Source: an uncultured Alphaproteobacteria bacterium (GTDB lineage: Bacteria > Pseudomonadota > Alphaproteobacteria > HIMB59 > GCA-002718135). Taken from it: DNA of 64,000 bases. The position numbers were made by a program, and so were the translations under genes. Numbering within the stretch: position 1 is the first letter of the stretch; each line of letters starts with the position of its first letter. This document shows, piece by piece, positions 19,478-29,727 of the stretch. The notes under the pieces are model-generated. The model searched no databases, was not told the origin of the DNA, and was given only the letters and a program-made list of their open reading frames with translations. The stretch is from contig CACMJS010000003.1 of assembly GCA_902614085.1 (NCBI GenBank), positions 7,928-71,927 of the forward strand, written 5' to 3'.

Positions 19478-20395
19478 TTGTTTAATAAATTATTATCAAA
19501 TAATTTAATACTTCTTATAATTTTAGCTGCAATTTGGGGATCTTCTTTTTTTGTTATTAAAATTTGTCTGTCTAGTTTTACACCTACAAGTATTGCTTCC
19601 TTAAGATTAATTATAGCATCAATTTTTTTAATTATTTTATATTATTCATATAACAATCATCCTAAATTAAATCTCGATTTAGTTTTAATTCTTTCTTTTA
19701 TTGGTATTACTGGAAATTTTTTACCATTCTATCTGATTAGTTGGGCTGAACAATACATTCCTTCTTCTACTGCAGGGTTATTAATGTCGGTTGGTCCATT
19801 AATAACATTACTAATGTCTCATGTTTTAACTTCAGACGATAAGTTTACTTGGATTAAATTTTTATCAATTATTATAGGTTTTGTAGGTATTATTTTTATT
19901 TTAGATATAAGTAAATTTAATTTTAAAGATGAAAACTACATTGGTACTTTAGCAAAAATTTTTGTGATTATAGCTGCATTTGGCTATATGATTTCAAATA
20001 TTGCTGCTTATAATAAATTAAAGAAATTAAGCCCTATTTCGATTACTACTTTTGCTACATTATTTGGGGCGATAATATCATTACCTTTTTTATTCTATGA
20101 TTTTATTAATTATGAGAATAATATTAATAAGATTTCTTTAATTTCTATTATTTATTTAGGTGTTTTTCCAACAGCTATTGCATTTCATATGCGCTATCAT
20201 ATAGTTAAACAATCTGGTCCAGTTTTCTTGTCTTATGTTGCCTATTTAATTCCTGTTTTTGCATTAATATGGGGATTCATATTTCTTTCTGAACAAATAG
20301 TATTTAGTTCTGTAGTCGGAATTATTCTAGTTTTTATTGGTCTGTTTGTTGGGCAAAAAAGATCAATGAGTAAAATATCCGTAAAAAACATATAA
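19478..20395 (+). CDS. EamA/DMT family transporter
   Basis: AAIWGSSF, WAEQYIPSSTAGLLMS, YLIPVFALIWG; TTG start. Confidence 0.9.
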   Translation: MFNKLLSNNLILLIILAAIWGSSFFVIKICLSSFTPTSIASLRLIIASIFLIILYYSYNNHPKLNLDLVLILSFIGITGNFLPFYLISWAEQYIPSSTAGLLMSVGPLITLLMSHVLTSDDKFTWIKFLSIIIGFVGIIFILDISKFNFKDENYIGTLAKIFVIIAAFGYMISNIAAYNKLKKLSPISITTFATLFGAIISLPFLFYDFINYENNINKISLISIIYLGVFPTAIAFHMRYHIVKQSGPVFLSYVAYLIPVFALIWGFIFLSEQIVFSSVVGIILVFIGLFVGQKRSMSKISVKNI

Positions 20396-20493
20396 TACTA
20401 ATAAAACAGCAATAAAAATAGACACATTTTTGAAGTTAAAGTATTTCATTTATGGTTGAAATTTAATTTTTTATAGTCCAATATACTTTTATT

Positions 20494-21858
20494 ATGAGCG
20501 ACTCAATTAAATACTTACTTGAAGAAAATAAAGCACCAAAGTTTTGGTATAATATTAATGCAGACTTACCAAGTCCACCACCACCACCATTACACCCTGG
20601 AACTAAACAACCAGCTGGTCCTGATGACTTTGCTCCTTTATTTCCAATGAGTTTAATTATGCAAGAAGTTTCTACCGAAAGAGAAATAGAAATTCCTGAG
20701 CCAGTAAGAGAAGTATACAAACAATGGAGACCCTCTCCTTTATTTAGAGCAAGAAGGTTAGAAAAGTTTTTAGATACACCAGCTAAAATTTATTACAAAT
20801 ATGAAGGTGTTAGTCCTACAGGAAGTCACAAACCAAATACTGCAGTTCCGCAAGCATTTTTTAATAAAGAAGAAGGAATTAGTAAAATTTTTACTGAAAC
20901 GGGCGCAGGTCAGTGGGGAAGTTCATTAGCTTTTGCAGGTCAGATCTTTGGTATAGATATAGAAGTTTTCATGGTTAAGGTTAGTTTTGATCACAAACCT
21001 TACAGAAAATTAATGATGCAATCGTTCGGCGCTAACTGTCATGCTAGTCCATCAAATTTAACTGACTTCGGTAACAAGTTATTATCAGAAAATCCTGATA
21101 ACCCTGGTAGTTTGGGAATAGCTATATCAGAAGCAATAGAAGCAACTGTTAAAAGTGGAGGTAAAGCAAAATACTCACTTGGAAGTGTTTTAGGCCACGT
21201 TCTAATGCATCAAACTATAAATGGTAATGAAGCTATTATGCAAATGGAGATGGCTGGAGATTATCCTGATATTATTGTTGGCTGCACAGGTGGTGGTAGT
21301 AATCTTTCTGGATTAATGTTTCCATTTTTAGGACAACAATTAAGAGGTGGTCAAAAAATTGATATAATTGGTTGCGAGCCTGCATCATGTCCTTCATTTA
21401 CTAAGGGTAAGTATGCTTATGATCATGGTGATATGGCAAAAATGACTCCATTAATTAAAATGCATACTCTTGGATCTGATTTCTTACCACCGGCTAATCA
21501 CTCTGGTGGATTAAGATACCATGGCATGTCTTATCATTTAAGCCACTTATATGAGTTAGGTCTGATGAGAGCAAAGGCTTACGGTCAAAAAGATTGTTTT
21601 GAAGCTGGTTTAACCTTTGCAAAACAAGAAGGAATTATTCCTGCTCCAGAAGGAAACCATGCAATCAAAGGTGCTATTGATGCAGCTTTAGAATGTAAAG
21701 AAAAAGGCGAGTCAAAAACTATTCTCTTTAATTTATGTGGCCATGGATATTTTGATATGTCAGCTTATGATGATTATCTAAATGGATCAATGGCTGATGA
21801 TGTTATTGATGATGATGGAATAGGTAAATCTATTTCTCAAATACCAGAAGTAGCGTAA
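20494..21858 (+). CDS. trpB2: TrpB2 (type-2 tryptophan synthase beta, stand-alone)
   Basis: 454 aa, KYEGVSPTGSHKPNTA (PLP Lys), ETGAGQWG, GGGSN, HSGGLRYHG, PAPEGNH, NLCGHG; no trpA nearby. Confidence 0.93.
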   Translation: MSDSIKYLLEENKAPKFWYNINADLPSPPPPPLHPGTKQPAGPDDFAPLFPMSLIMQEVSTEREIEIPEPVREVYKQWRPSPLFRARRLEKFLDTPAKIYYKYEGVSPTGSHKPNTAVPQAFFNKEEGISKIFTETGAGQWGSSLAFAGQIFGIDIEVFMVKVSFDHKPYRKLMMQSFGANCHASPSNLTDFGNKLLSENPDNPGSLGIAISEAIEATVKSGGKAKYSLGSVLGHVLMHQTINGNEAIMQMEMAGDYPDIIVGCTGGGSNLSGLMFPFLGQQLRGGQKIDIIGCEPASCPSFTKGKYAYDHGDMAKMTPLIKMHTLGSDFLPPANHSGGLRYHGMSYHLSHLYELGLMRAKAYGQKDCFEAGLTFAKQEGIIPAPEGNHAIKGAIDAALECKEKGESKTILFNLCGHGYFDMSAYDDYLNGSMADDVIDDDGIGKSISQIPEVA

Positions 21859-21904
21859 TTTAAGTTTAAATTTTTTTTTATTTAATTAAAGGTGTTTCTT
21901 TATT

Positions 21905-23119
21905 ATGGTTGAAATTAAACCTTTTAAAGGAACACGTCCTTACAACGAAGATGCAAAAAATTTAATTGCTCCCTCTACTGATCATTTAAGTATTGAAAAT
22001 ATAGAAATATTTAAAAGAAATAATTATTGGAATTATTTAAAAATTTTGAATCCTGTTGGCCAATTAAAAGAAGCAGATACTCTCTTAGAAGCTAAATCAC
22101 ATTTTAATGAAATGAAAGAAAATGACGTAATTAAAAAAGATAAAGAATTATTTTATTACATTTATCAAATTGAATTTAAAGGCCATACTCAACTAGGTTT
22201 TTTATCTCTTTCTAAAATATCAGATTTCGTAGATGAAAAAATTAAAGCGCATGAAAAAATTTATGAAACAAGGATGAGAGAAAGAGCTGAGCAAATGTTA
22301 AATATAAAAACACAAATTGGTCCTATTTATGTGGTATATAAAAAAAACAATAAGATAAAAGATTTATTATCCTCTATAATATCAAATACTCCAGATTATG
22401 ATTTTGAAAGTTTTGATAAATCTATTCATAAACTTTGGTGTGTCTCTGATGAATCTTTCATTAAAAAGCTATCTTCTTTGTTTATAAATGAGGTAGATAA
22501 TTTTTATATTGCTGATGGACATCATAGAATGGGTGCAATGAAAATTATTGGTGAATTAAATTATAATAAAAATATTTTACAAGAAGATTTTATGATAGCG
22601 GCGTTTCCAAGTGATCAGGCTAAAATATTTGATTATAATAGAGTTGTTAAAGATTTAAATGGTTTGAGTGAAGAAAATTTTTTAGACATTCTTTCTGAAA
22701 ACTTCGAAATTAAAAAAGAAAAAAATCCTTTCAAACCTCAATCTAATAAACAATTTGGAATGTATCATGAAAAAAAGTGGTATTCATTACATTTTAAAAC
22801 TGAATTAAAAACTGATAATTTTGTTGATACGCTAGATATTAATATTTTAAATAATTTTATTTTCAAAAAACATTTAAATATATCTGATGTTAATAATGAT
22901 GAAAGAATAAGATTTATTGCCGGTTGTCATGGTTTGGAAGCTTTAGAAAAAAAAGTTGATGAAAATAATGACAGTGTGGCATTTTCTATCTTCCCATCTT
23001 CAATAAGTGATGTTATTACAGTTGCCAATAAAAATTTGACTATGCCCCCTAAATCAACTTGGTTTGATCCAAAACCTTTAGATGGCTTAGTAGTTTATGA
23101 GTTTGAAAAAAATGTATGA
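21905..23119 (+). CDS. DUF1015 family protein
   Basis: IKPFKG, HEKIY, YIADGHHR, C-terminal MPPKSTWFDPKP signature; adjacent to serC. Confidence 0.88.
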   Translation: MVEIKPFKGTRPYNEDAKNLIAPSTDHLSIENIEIFKRNNYWNYLKILNPVGQLKEADTLLEAKSHFNEMKENDVIKKDKELFYYIYQIEFKGHTQLGFLSLSKISDFVDEKIKAHEKIYETRMRERAEQMLNIKTQIGPIYVVYKKNNKIKDLLSSIISNTPDYDFESFDKSIHKLWCVSDESFIKKLSSLFINEVDNFYIADGHHRMGAMKIIGELNYNKNILQEDFMIAAFPSDQAKIFDYNRVVKDLNGLSEENFLDILSENFEIKKEKNPFKPQSNKQFGMYHEKKWYSLHFKTELKTDNFVDTLDINILNNFIFKKHLNISDVNNDERIRFIAGCHGLEALEKKVDENNDSVAFSIFPSSISDVITVANKNLTMPPKSTWFDPKPLDGLVVYEFEKNV

Positions 23120-24279
23120 ATAAACCTAATACTAAACCTAATAATCCAAATTTTTCAAGTGGACCAACTTCAAAAAGACCAGGCTGGGACATATCTGTTT
23201 TGAGTAGTGCTTTAACCGGTAGATCTCACAGATCTGTTGAATGTAAAGCAAGATTAAAAGAAGCAATAGATAAATCTAAAGATATTCTTAAATTACCTGA
23301 TGATTATTTATTGGGTATCATGCCTGGATCAAATACTGGTGCTTTAGAAGCTGCTATGTGGTGCCTATTAGGTAAAACGGGAGTCGATATTCTTGCATGG
23401 GAAAATTTTGGTAAAGATTGGGTAATTGATGCAATCAGCGAATTAAAATTAGAAAATTTAAATATTCATGAAGAGGATTATGGGAAACTACCTGACCTAA
23501 GCAAAGTCAATTTTGATAATGACGTTATTTTTACTTGGAATGGAACAACATCTGGTGTCAAAGTTCCAAATGGAGATTGGATACCTGATGACAGAAAAGG
23601 CCTAACCATTTGTGATGCTACTTCGGCAATCTTTGGTATGCCTATAGATTATAATAAATGTGATGTTATAACTTGGTCTTGGCAAAAAATACTTGGAGGA
23701 GAGGCTGCTCATGGAATGATAGCAATTTCTCCACGCGTTGTTGAAAGATTAGAAAGTTTTACACCTAGTTGGCCAGTACCAAAATTATTTAGATTAGCTG
23801 AAAAGCAAAAATTGATAAAAGGTATTTTTGAAGGAAACACAATTAATACACCTTCAATGATATGCGTTGAAGATATAATTGATTCATTAAATTGGGTTTC
23901 TTCTCAAGGAGGATTAAACTCATTAATTTCTAAATCCCAGAATTCTTTACAAAAAATTAGAGAATGGATTAATGAGAGAGATTGGGTCACCTTTTTATCT
24001 GAAATTGAAGACGATAATTATATATCAAACACTGGAATAACTTTTAAAATTGTTGAAGATTGGTTTACTAATAAAGATGAAAGTGATCAAAGAGCTGTAA
24101 TGGCTGATATATGTAAATTACTTTCTGAAAATAAAGTTGGATTTGATTGCAATGGATATCCTAAAGCACCACCTTCTTTTAGAATATGGGCTGGGGGCAC
24201 GGTTCAAACTTCAGATGTAGAATTAGTTTTACCTTGGATTGATTGGGCTTATTCAGAAATTAAATCAAAAAATGCCTAA
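23116..24279 (+). CDS. serC: Phosphoserine aminotransferase (alphaproteobacterial/Methanosarcina type)
   Basis: FSSGPT, GRSHRS, WNGTTSGV, CDATSA, SWQKILGGE, NTPSM, FRIWAG. Confidence 0.93.
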   Translation: MNKPNTKPNNPNFSSGPTSKRPGWDISVLSSALTGRSHRSVECKARLKEAIDKSKDILKLPDDYLLGIMPGSNTGALEAAMWCLLGKTGVDILAWENFGKDWVIDAISELKLENLNIHEEDYGKLPDLSKVNFDNDVIFTWNGTTSGVKVPNGDWIPDDRKGLTICDATSAIFGMPIDYNKCDVITWSWQKILGGEAAHGMIAISPRVVERLESFTPSWPVPKLFRLAEKQKLIKGIFEGNTINTPSMICVEDIIDSLNWVSSQGGLNSLISKSQNSLQKIREWINERDWVTFLSEIEDDNYISNTGITFKIVEDWFTNKDESDQRAVMADICKLLSENKVGFDCNGYPKAPPSFRIWAGGTVQTSDVELVLPWIDWAYSEIKSKNA

Positions 24280-25210
24280 AGTACTAATATCAGATTCACT
24301 AGATAACATTGCATCTGAAATTTTAAAAAAAAATAATATCTCAGTTGATACAAAAACAAATTTATCTTCTGAAGAATTAAAAAAAATAATTGATAACTAT
24401 GATGGTTTAATTATTCGTTCTGCAACTAAAGTGCGAAAAGATTTAATTGATTCTCTTTCAAATTTAAAAATTATAGGTAGAGCAGGAGCAGGAGTTGATA
24501 ATGTTGATGTGGAAGCTGCTAAAAATAAAAACATTATCGTAATGAATACTCCAGGAGGCAATACAAATGCTACAGCAGAACACACAATTGGTTTAATTTT
24601 TGCATTGCAAAGAAAAATTACTGTTGCCAATGAGACAACTCATAAGGGTCTTTGGGAAAAAAAGAAATTAAAAGGAAATGAAATTAAAGGCAAGAAAATT
24701 GGTATCGTTGGTTTTGGTAATGTAGGTAAAAGAGTTGCAGAAATATCTAATGTATTGGGAATGCACGTTGCAATATTTTCTTCATACTTTAAAACAATTA
24801 AGGATAGCTATCCTGAATATAATTCTTGTTCTATCGATGAGATTATTAAAGATTCAGATATAATTTCTTTTCACTGTAAACCCAATAAAGATGGTAATCC
24901 GATTATGAATAAAAATCATTTATCACTAATGAAAAAAAATTGCATAATTATCAACACTGCTAGAGGTAACTTAGTTGATGAAGATGATCTTAAAAACGCT
25001 CTTGAAAAAAATGAAATTAAAGGCGCTGCATTAGATGTTTTTAAAAATGAGCCCTTAGTAGAAAGTAGGTTTTATAATTTAGATAATATAATTTTAACTC
25101 CACATATTGCTGCCTCTACTGATGAAGCACAAATAGTTGTAGCAGAAATGGTTGCTAATCAGTTTGTTGAATTTTTTAATAATAATAAAATTATAAATTC
25201 AGTTACTTAA
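24272..25210 (+). CDS. serA: D-3-phosphoglycerate dehydrogenase, short form without ASB/ACT domains
   Basis: IIRSATK, GRAGAGVDNVD, MNTPGGN, AEHT, GFGNVG, NTARG, LDVF, TPHIAAST. Likely start is ATG 24272, overlapping the serC stop. Confidence 0.88.
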   Translation: MPKVLISDSLDNIASEILKKNNISVDTKTNLSSEELKKIIDNYDGLIIRSATKVRKDLIDSLSNLKIIGRAGAGVDNVDVEAAKNKNIIVMNTPGGNTNATAEHTIGLIFALQRKITVANETTHKGLWEKKKLKGNEIKGKKIGIVGFGNVGKRVAEISNVLGMHVAIFSSYFKTIKDSYPEYNSCSIDEIIKDSDIISFHCKPNKDGNPIMNKNHLSLMKKNCIIINTARGNLVDEDDLKNALEKNEIKGAALDVFKNEPLVESRFYNLDNIILTPHIAASTDEAQIVVAEMVANQFVEFFNNNKIINSVT

Positions 25211-27062
25211 TAAAAATTTCAGTTAAATTTTCTAAGTAAGCGGATGGATTTGATAGAATGTTACCATCTAATATATTAGCTTGATCTAAAATTAAATTTG
25301 AAGCTTTTTTATGGTCAATTTTTGTTAAATTTTGAGATAAATTTACAATCATAGGATGGTTTGGATTAATTTCAAGTATCTTTTTTGAAACAGGAGTTTT
25401 TTGATTATGCATTTTCATCAGTTTTTCCATATTTATATCCATCCCAGCTTCCTCAGCAACAAGCAGAATTGGGCTTTTTGTTAATCTCTCAGATACAATT
25501 ACATCAGATATTGTCTCTTTTAGCTCTGTTTTAAGTATGTTAATTAAATCATTGATTTTACTATCTATTTCTTTTTTATTTTCATCTTTCTGATTCGATT
25601 TTTCACCAACTTTAGAAACATCAACTTTACCTTTAGTTATTGATTTAAATTCTAAATCTTTAAATTTATTTACATTTTGAATCCAAAACTCATCTACTGC
25701 ATCAACCATAAATAAAACTGGTATCTTTTTATCAGTGAAAACTTCTAATTGAGGGGAGTTCTTAATATGATCCTTATCAGTATTAGCAAAATAATAAATT
25801 TCTTTTTGATCTTTAGCCATTAATTTAGTGTACTCTTCAAGAGATATTTTTTTATCATTTAAAGAATTTTCAAACCTTAATAGCGGTAGGATTTTTTCAT
25901 GATGATCATTATGTTCATATAACCCTTCTTTTAGTACTGGACCAAAATTATTCCAAAATGTCTTAAATTTATCCTTTTCTTTCTTAGCTAAGCTATCAAT
26001 TTCACTTAAAATTTTATTTGTAATACCTTTTTTTATTTTTGTAATAATAGGATTATTTTGAAGCATTTCTCTACTTATATTTAAAGAAATATCCTGTGAA
26101 TCGACTACTCCTGGGATAAAACGTAACCAATTAGGAATTATGTCTTCACAATCATCAGTGATAAAAACTTTTTGAACATATAATTTTATTTTATTTTTTC
26201 TATCGGCATTGAATAAATCCATAGGTTGATTTGTAGGAAAATAAAGTAAAGCCTTATAACTAATGACACCCTCAGCGTTATAGTGAATAGTTTTTAAGGG
26301 ATCATCAAAATTAAATGAAATATTATTATAAAATTGTTTATAGTCTTCCTCTTTTATATCTTTTTTATCTTTTAGCCATAATGGACTACCTTCATTTATT
26401 TTTTCTTCTTTTTCTTTGTCATCAAGATCTTTAAGATAAATTGGAAAAGGAATATAATTTGAGTATTTAGTAATAATTGATCTTAATCGAAATGAATCTA
26501 AAAATTCATCAGCATCTTTCTTTATATTTAGTGTTATACAAGTACCTCTTTTATCTTTTTTAGCTTCTTCTATGGTATAATTTTCTTTTCCATTAGATGA
26601 CCAAAGATTTGTTTCTTCATTTTCAGCATCTTTAGAAAGCACTTCAACATTATCTGCAACCATATATGAGGAATAAAAACCAACACCAAACTGTCCAATT
26701 GCAGAAATATCGTTGCTTTTTTTATTTTTCATTGCTTCAATAAATTTACTAGTTCCTGATCTTGCTATAGTTCCTAAATTATCAATAAGTTCATTTTTTG
26801 ACATTCCAATTCCATTATCTTCAATTTCAATTATTTTTTTCTTTTTTGAAACTCTGATATTAATTTTTAAATCCTTTTCATCTTTCAAAAGATTTTTTTT
26901 GGAGAGTGATTGATATCTTAATTTTTCGCAGGCATCAGCTGAATTAGATATTAGTTCTCTTAGAAATATTTCCCTTTCACTATAAAGAGAATTAGCAACA
27001 AGATCTAAAAGCTTACTGACTTCAGCTTGAAATGTTAAATTTTCTTTAGTTTTTTCTGCCAT
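25203..27062 (-). CDS. htpG: Chaperone HtpG (Hsp90)
   Basis: FQAEV, YSEREIFLRELISNSADA, DNGIGM, GTIARSGT, IGQFGVGFYS, LNISREMLQ, LEINPNHP. Confidence 0.97.
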   Translation of the reverse strand: MAEKTKENLTFQAEVSKLLDLVANSLYSEREIFLRELISNSADACEKLRYQSLSKKNLLKDEKDLKINIRVSKKKKIIEIEDNGIGMSKNELIDNLGTIARSGTSKFIEAMKNKKSNDISAIGQFGVGFYSSYMVADNVEVLSKDAENEETNLWSSNGKENYTIEEAKKDKRGTCITLNIKKDADEFLDSFRLRSIITKYSNYIPFPIYLKDLDDKEKEEKINEGSPLWLKDKKDIKEEDYKQFYNNISFNFDDPLKTIHYNAEGVISYKALLYFPTNQPMDLFNADRKNKIKLYVQKVFITDDCEDIIPNWLRFIPGVVDSQDISLNISREMLQNNPIITKIKKGITNKILSEIDSLAKKEKDKFKTFWNNFGPVLKEGLYEHNDHHEKILPLLRFENSLNDKKISLEEYTKLMAKDQKEIYYFANTDKDHIKNSPQLEVFTDKKIPVLFMVDAVDEFWIQNVNKFKDLEFKSITKGKVDVSKVGEKSNQKDENKKEIDSKINDLINILKTELKETISDVIVSERLTKSPILLVAEEAGMDINMEKLMKMHNQKTPVSKKILEINPNHPMIVNLSQNLTKIDHKKASNLILDQANILDGNILSNPSAYLENLTEIFIK

Positions 27063-27163
27063 TTTTGAAATTTAAGCATTCATATCTATAATTCAATAGT
27101 AAGCAATAATTTTTTGCCACATTTAAGACTATATATGTAAAAGTTATGGTATTTAGATTCATA

Positions 27164-27778
27164 ATGAAATTTGATAACTTTTTAAAATTACTGTGCATTA
27201 CATTGTTATTTCTATATGCATGTACCTCAAATCAATTAACAAATACTGCTGATAGTTGCATAATTTTTGATGAAAAGAAAAGCTGGTATAAAGCAACTAA
27301 AAATTCTTATGATAAATGGAATACCCCAATAGCATTCCAATTAGCAGTTATAAAACAAGAATCATCATTTACTCAATTTGCAAAACCGAAAAGAAAAAAA
27401 TTTTTAGGTTTAATACCAACCTCTAGACCATCAACTGCTTTTGGTTATGCGCAAATAACAAATCCCACTTGGGATTGGTATAAGAATAAAACTGGAAATC
27501 AAAATGCATCAAGGGCAAATTTTAAAGATGTAACTGATTTTATTGGCTGGTATACAACGCAGTCCGAAAATATGATTGGAATTTCAAAAAATGATTACTA
27601 TAATCAATATTTAGCATACCATGAAGGTCAAAACGGATGGTCGAAAGAGACATTTAAAAGTAAAGATTGGTTGATTGATATTGCTAAAAATGTAGAAAGA
27701 AATACTAAGATGTTTAATAAACAACTAAAACAATGTGAAGAAAAACTAAATAAAAAAGGTTTCTTCGGAATACTATAA
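27164..27778 (+). CDS. Lytic transglycosylase-like (SLT) lipoprotein
   Basis: Lipobox LYAC after ATG 27164, catalytic IKQESSF, SSAxGYAQ-like STAFGYAQ, YLAYHEG. Confidence 0.8.
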   Translation: MKFDNFLKLLCITLLFLYACTSNQLTNTADSCIIFDEKKSWYKATKNSYDKWNTPIAFQLAVIKQESSFTQFAKPKRKKFLGLIPTSRPSTAFGYAQITNPTWDWYKNKTGNQNASRANFKDVTDFIGWYTTQSENMIGISKNDYYNQYLAYHEGQNGWSKETFKSKDWLIDIAKNVERNTKMFNKQLKQCEEKLNKKGFFGIL

Positions 27779-28956
27779 TGCCAATTTTAAACAGCATAAA
27801 TCAAATGCAAGATCAGATGACGGAATGGCGTCAAGATTTACATAAAATTCCTGAAATAGGCCTTCAAGAATTTGAAACATCAAAATATATCAAAAATAAG
27901 TTAAGTGAATTTAATATTAAATTTAAAGATGGTTACGCTAATACAGGTGTTGTTGCTTGGGTAGATGGTAATGAAGTTACTAATGATAAGACAATTGGTT
28001 TAAGAGCAGATTTTGACGCTCTTCCTATGCCAGAACAAAATGAATTTAATCATAAATCTCAAAATAAAGGTATGATGCATGGTTGTGGTCATGATGGTCA
28101 TACCACAATGCTTCTTGGAGCAGCGAAATATTTAAGTGAAAATAATCATTTTAATGGAAGAGTATATTTCATTTTTCAACCAGGAGAAGAGGGTTTTGCT
28201 GGAGGAGAAAAAATGATTCAAGATGGTATGTTTGATGATTTTAAAATTGATGAAGTTTATGCACTTCATAATTGGCCTGAGTTACCTTTAGGTACTTTTG
28301 GTGTAAATAGTGGGCCAATGATGGCAGCAGTTGATGAGTTTGATATTACTGTAAAAGGAAAGGGTGGTCATGCTGCATCACCTCATCTGGCAATTGATCC
28401 TGTAGTAATTTCTGCTCAAGTTATTTCTGCTGTTCAAACAATTATAAGTAGATCCACAGATCCTGTTGATAAGGCACTTATAAGTATTACAAAAATTAAT
28501 GCTGGTACAGCGTATAATGTAATTGATGATCAAGTTAAAATGGGTGGGACTATTAGGACTTTTCGAAGAGAAACACGAGCATATATAGAGAAAAGATTAA
28601 ATGAATTATGTAAAGGTATAGCCGATGCACATGGTGCAGAGATAAAAATTGAGTTTGATTTAGTAAATAAATATCCACCTACTATCAATTCTAAAGAAGA
28701 AACAAAATTTGCTGCAAATGTAGCTAAAGATTTAGTCGGTGAAGATAAAGTTATTACTGATATTGATCCCTCAATGGGAGGAGAAGATTTTTCATATTTG
28801 TTAGAAAAAAAACCTGGTTCCTATCTTTATCTTGGTCAAGGAGATGCAGAGCATAGCGCTCATCTACATACAACAAAGTATGATTTTAATGATAATTTAT
28901 TACCTATTGGTGTAAATTTTTGGGTGGACCTTGTTCAAAAATACTTTTCTAAGTAA
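27778..28956 (+). CDS. M20D amidohydrolase (hippurate hydrolase-like)
   Basis: RQDLHKIPE, RADFDALP, MHGCGHDGHT, FQPGEEG, GKGGHAA, GEDFS. Confidence 0.92.
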   Translation: MPILNSINQMQDQMTEWRQDLHKIPEIGLQEFETSKYIKNKLSEFNIKFKDGYANTGVVAWVDGNEVTNDKTIGLRADFDALPMPEQNEFNHKSQNKGMMHGCGHDGHTTMLLGAAKYLSENNHFNGRVYFIFQPGEEGFAGGEKMIQDGMFDDFKIDEVYALHNWPELPLGTFGVNSGPMMAAVDEFDITVKGKGGHAASPHLAIDPVVISAQVISAVQTIISRSTDPVDKALISITKINAGTAYNVIDDQVKMGGTIRTFRRETRAYIEKRLNELCKGIADAHGAEIKIEFDLVNKYPPTINSKEETKFAANVAKDLVGEDKVITDIDPSMGGEDFSYLLEKKPGSYLYLGQGDAEHSAHLHTTKYDFNDNLLPIGVNFWVDLVQKYFSK

Positions 28957-28962
28957 TCTTAA

Positions 28963-29727
28963 TTGATGTTAAATTTTAGTGCGATTTATTCAATAATCGC
29001 ATTTAGAATAAAAGAATTTCTACAAGAGTATCATTATTCTTTATTAGCCCCTTTAACTACAAATCTTTTATTTATATTAGTTTTTATAACAGTAGAAAAT
29101 TATTACTCACTTTCTATGGATTCAGGTTCTTTTGTTGAATTTATTGCTCCTGGATTAATCGTTATGATCGTTGCTCAGGAAAGTTACGATAATTCGTCTG
29201 CTACTTTAATTCATATGAAGCAAATTGGTTCTTTAGATGATTGGTTAATGGCACCTATCTATAGGATTGAAATATTAATATCTTTAATATTCACATCTCT
29301 TATTATTGGAATTATTTTAGCACTGTTTAATTATTTAATATTTACTTTTTTGATAGATATTGAAATTTATAATTTTTTTTATTTTTTTTACTACCTATTA
29401 TTAGTTATAATTTTTTTCTCATGTTTAGGATGTTTCGTAGGAATAATTTTTAATTCTTGGGATTCACAAAGTACATTCTCAAGCTTTTTTGTTGCGCCTA
29501 TTAATTTTTTATCAGGAACCTTTTTTTCAATAAATTATCTTCCTGATAATTTGAAGGCTATACTTTTATATAATCCTTACTATTATGTTGTAAGCTTTTT
29601 TAGGAATTCATTTAATGATGAATTTTCATTTAATTTAGTTGAAAATATCTTTATAATTTTTTTTATTTTATTAACTTTGATTATTACATCATTTATTTTT
29701 TTCAAAGGTTTTAAAATTATTAAATGA
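28963..29727 (+). CDS. ABC-2 type permease (YadH-like)
   Basis: FIAPGL, LMAPI, FLSGTFFSI, NPYYY; six TM helices; no ATPase gene adjacent. Confidence 0.85.
   Translation: MMLNFSAIYSIIAFRIKEFLQEYHYSLLAPLTTNLLFILVFITVENYYSLSMDSGSFVEFIAPGLIVMIVAQESYDNSSATLIHMKQIGSLDDWLMAPIYRIEILISLIFTSLIIGIILALFNYLIFTFLIDIEIYNFFYFFYYLLLVIIFFSCLGCFVGIIFNSWDSQSTFSSFFVAPINFLSGTFFSINYLPDNLKAILLYNPYYYVVSFFRNSFNDEFSFNLVENIFIIFFILLTLIITSFIFFKGFKIIK

Noticed and set aside
27063-27145. RpoH (sigma-32) promoter for htpG
   Set aside because: Only partial TTGAA-like matches in very AT-rich DNA; spacing is not convincing.
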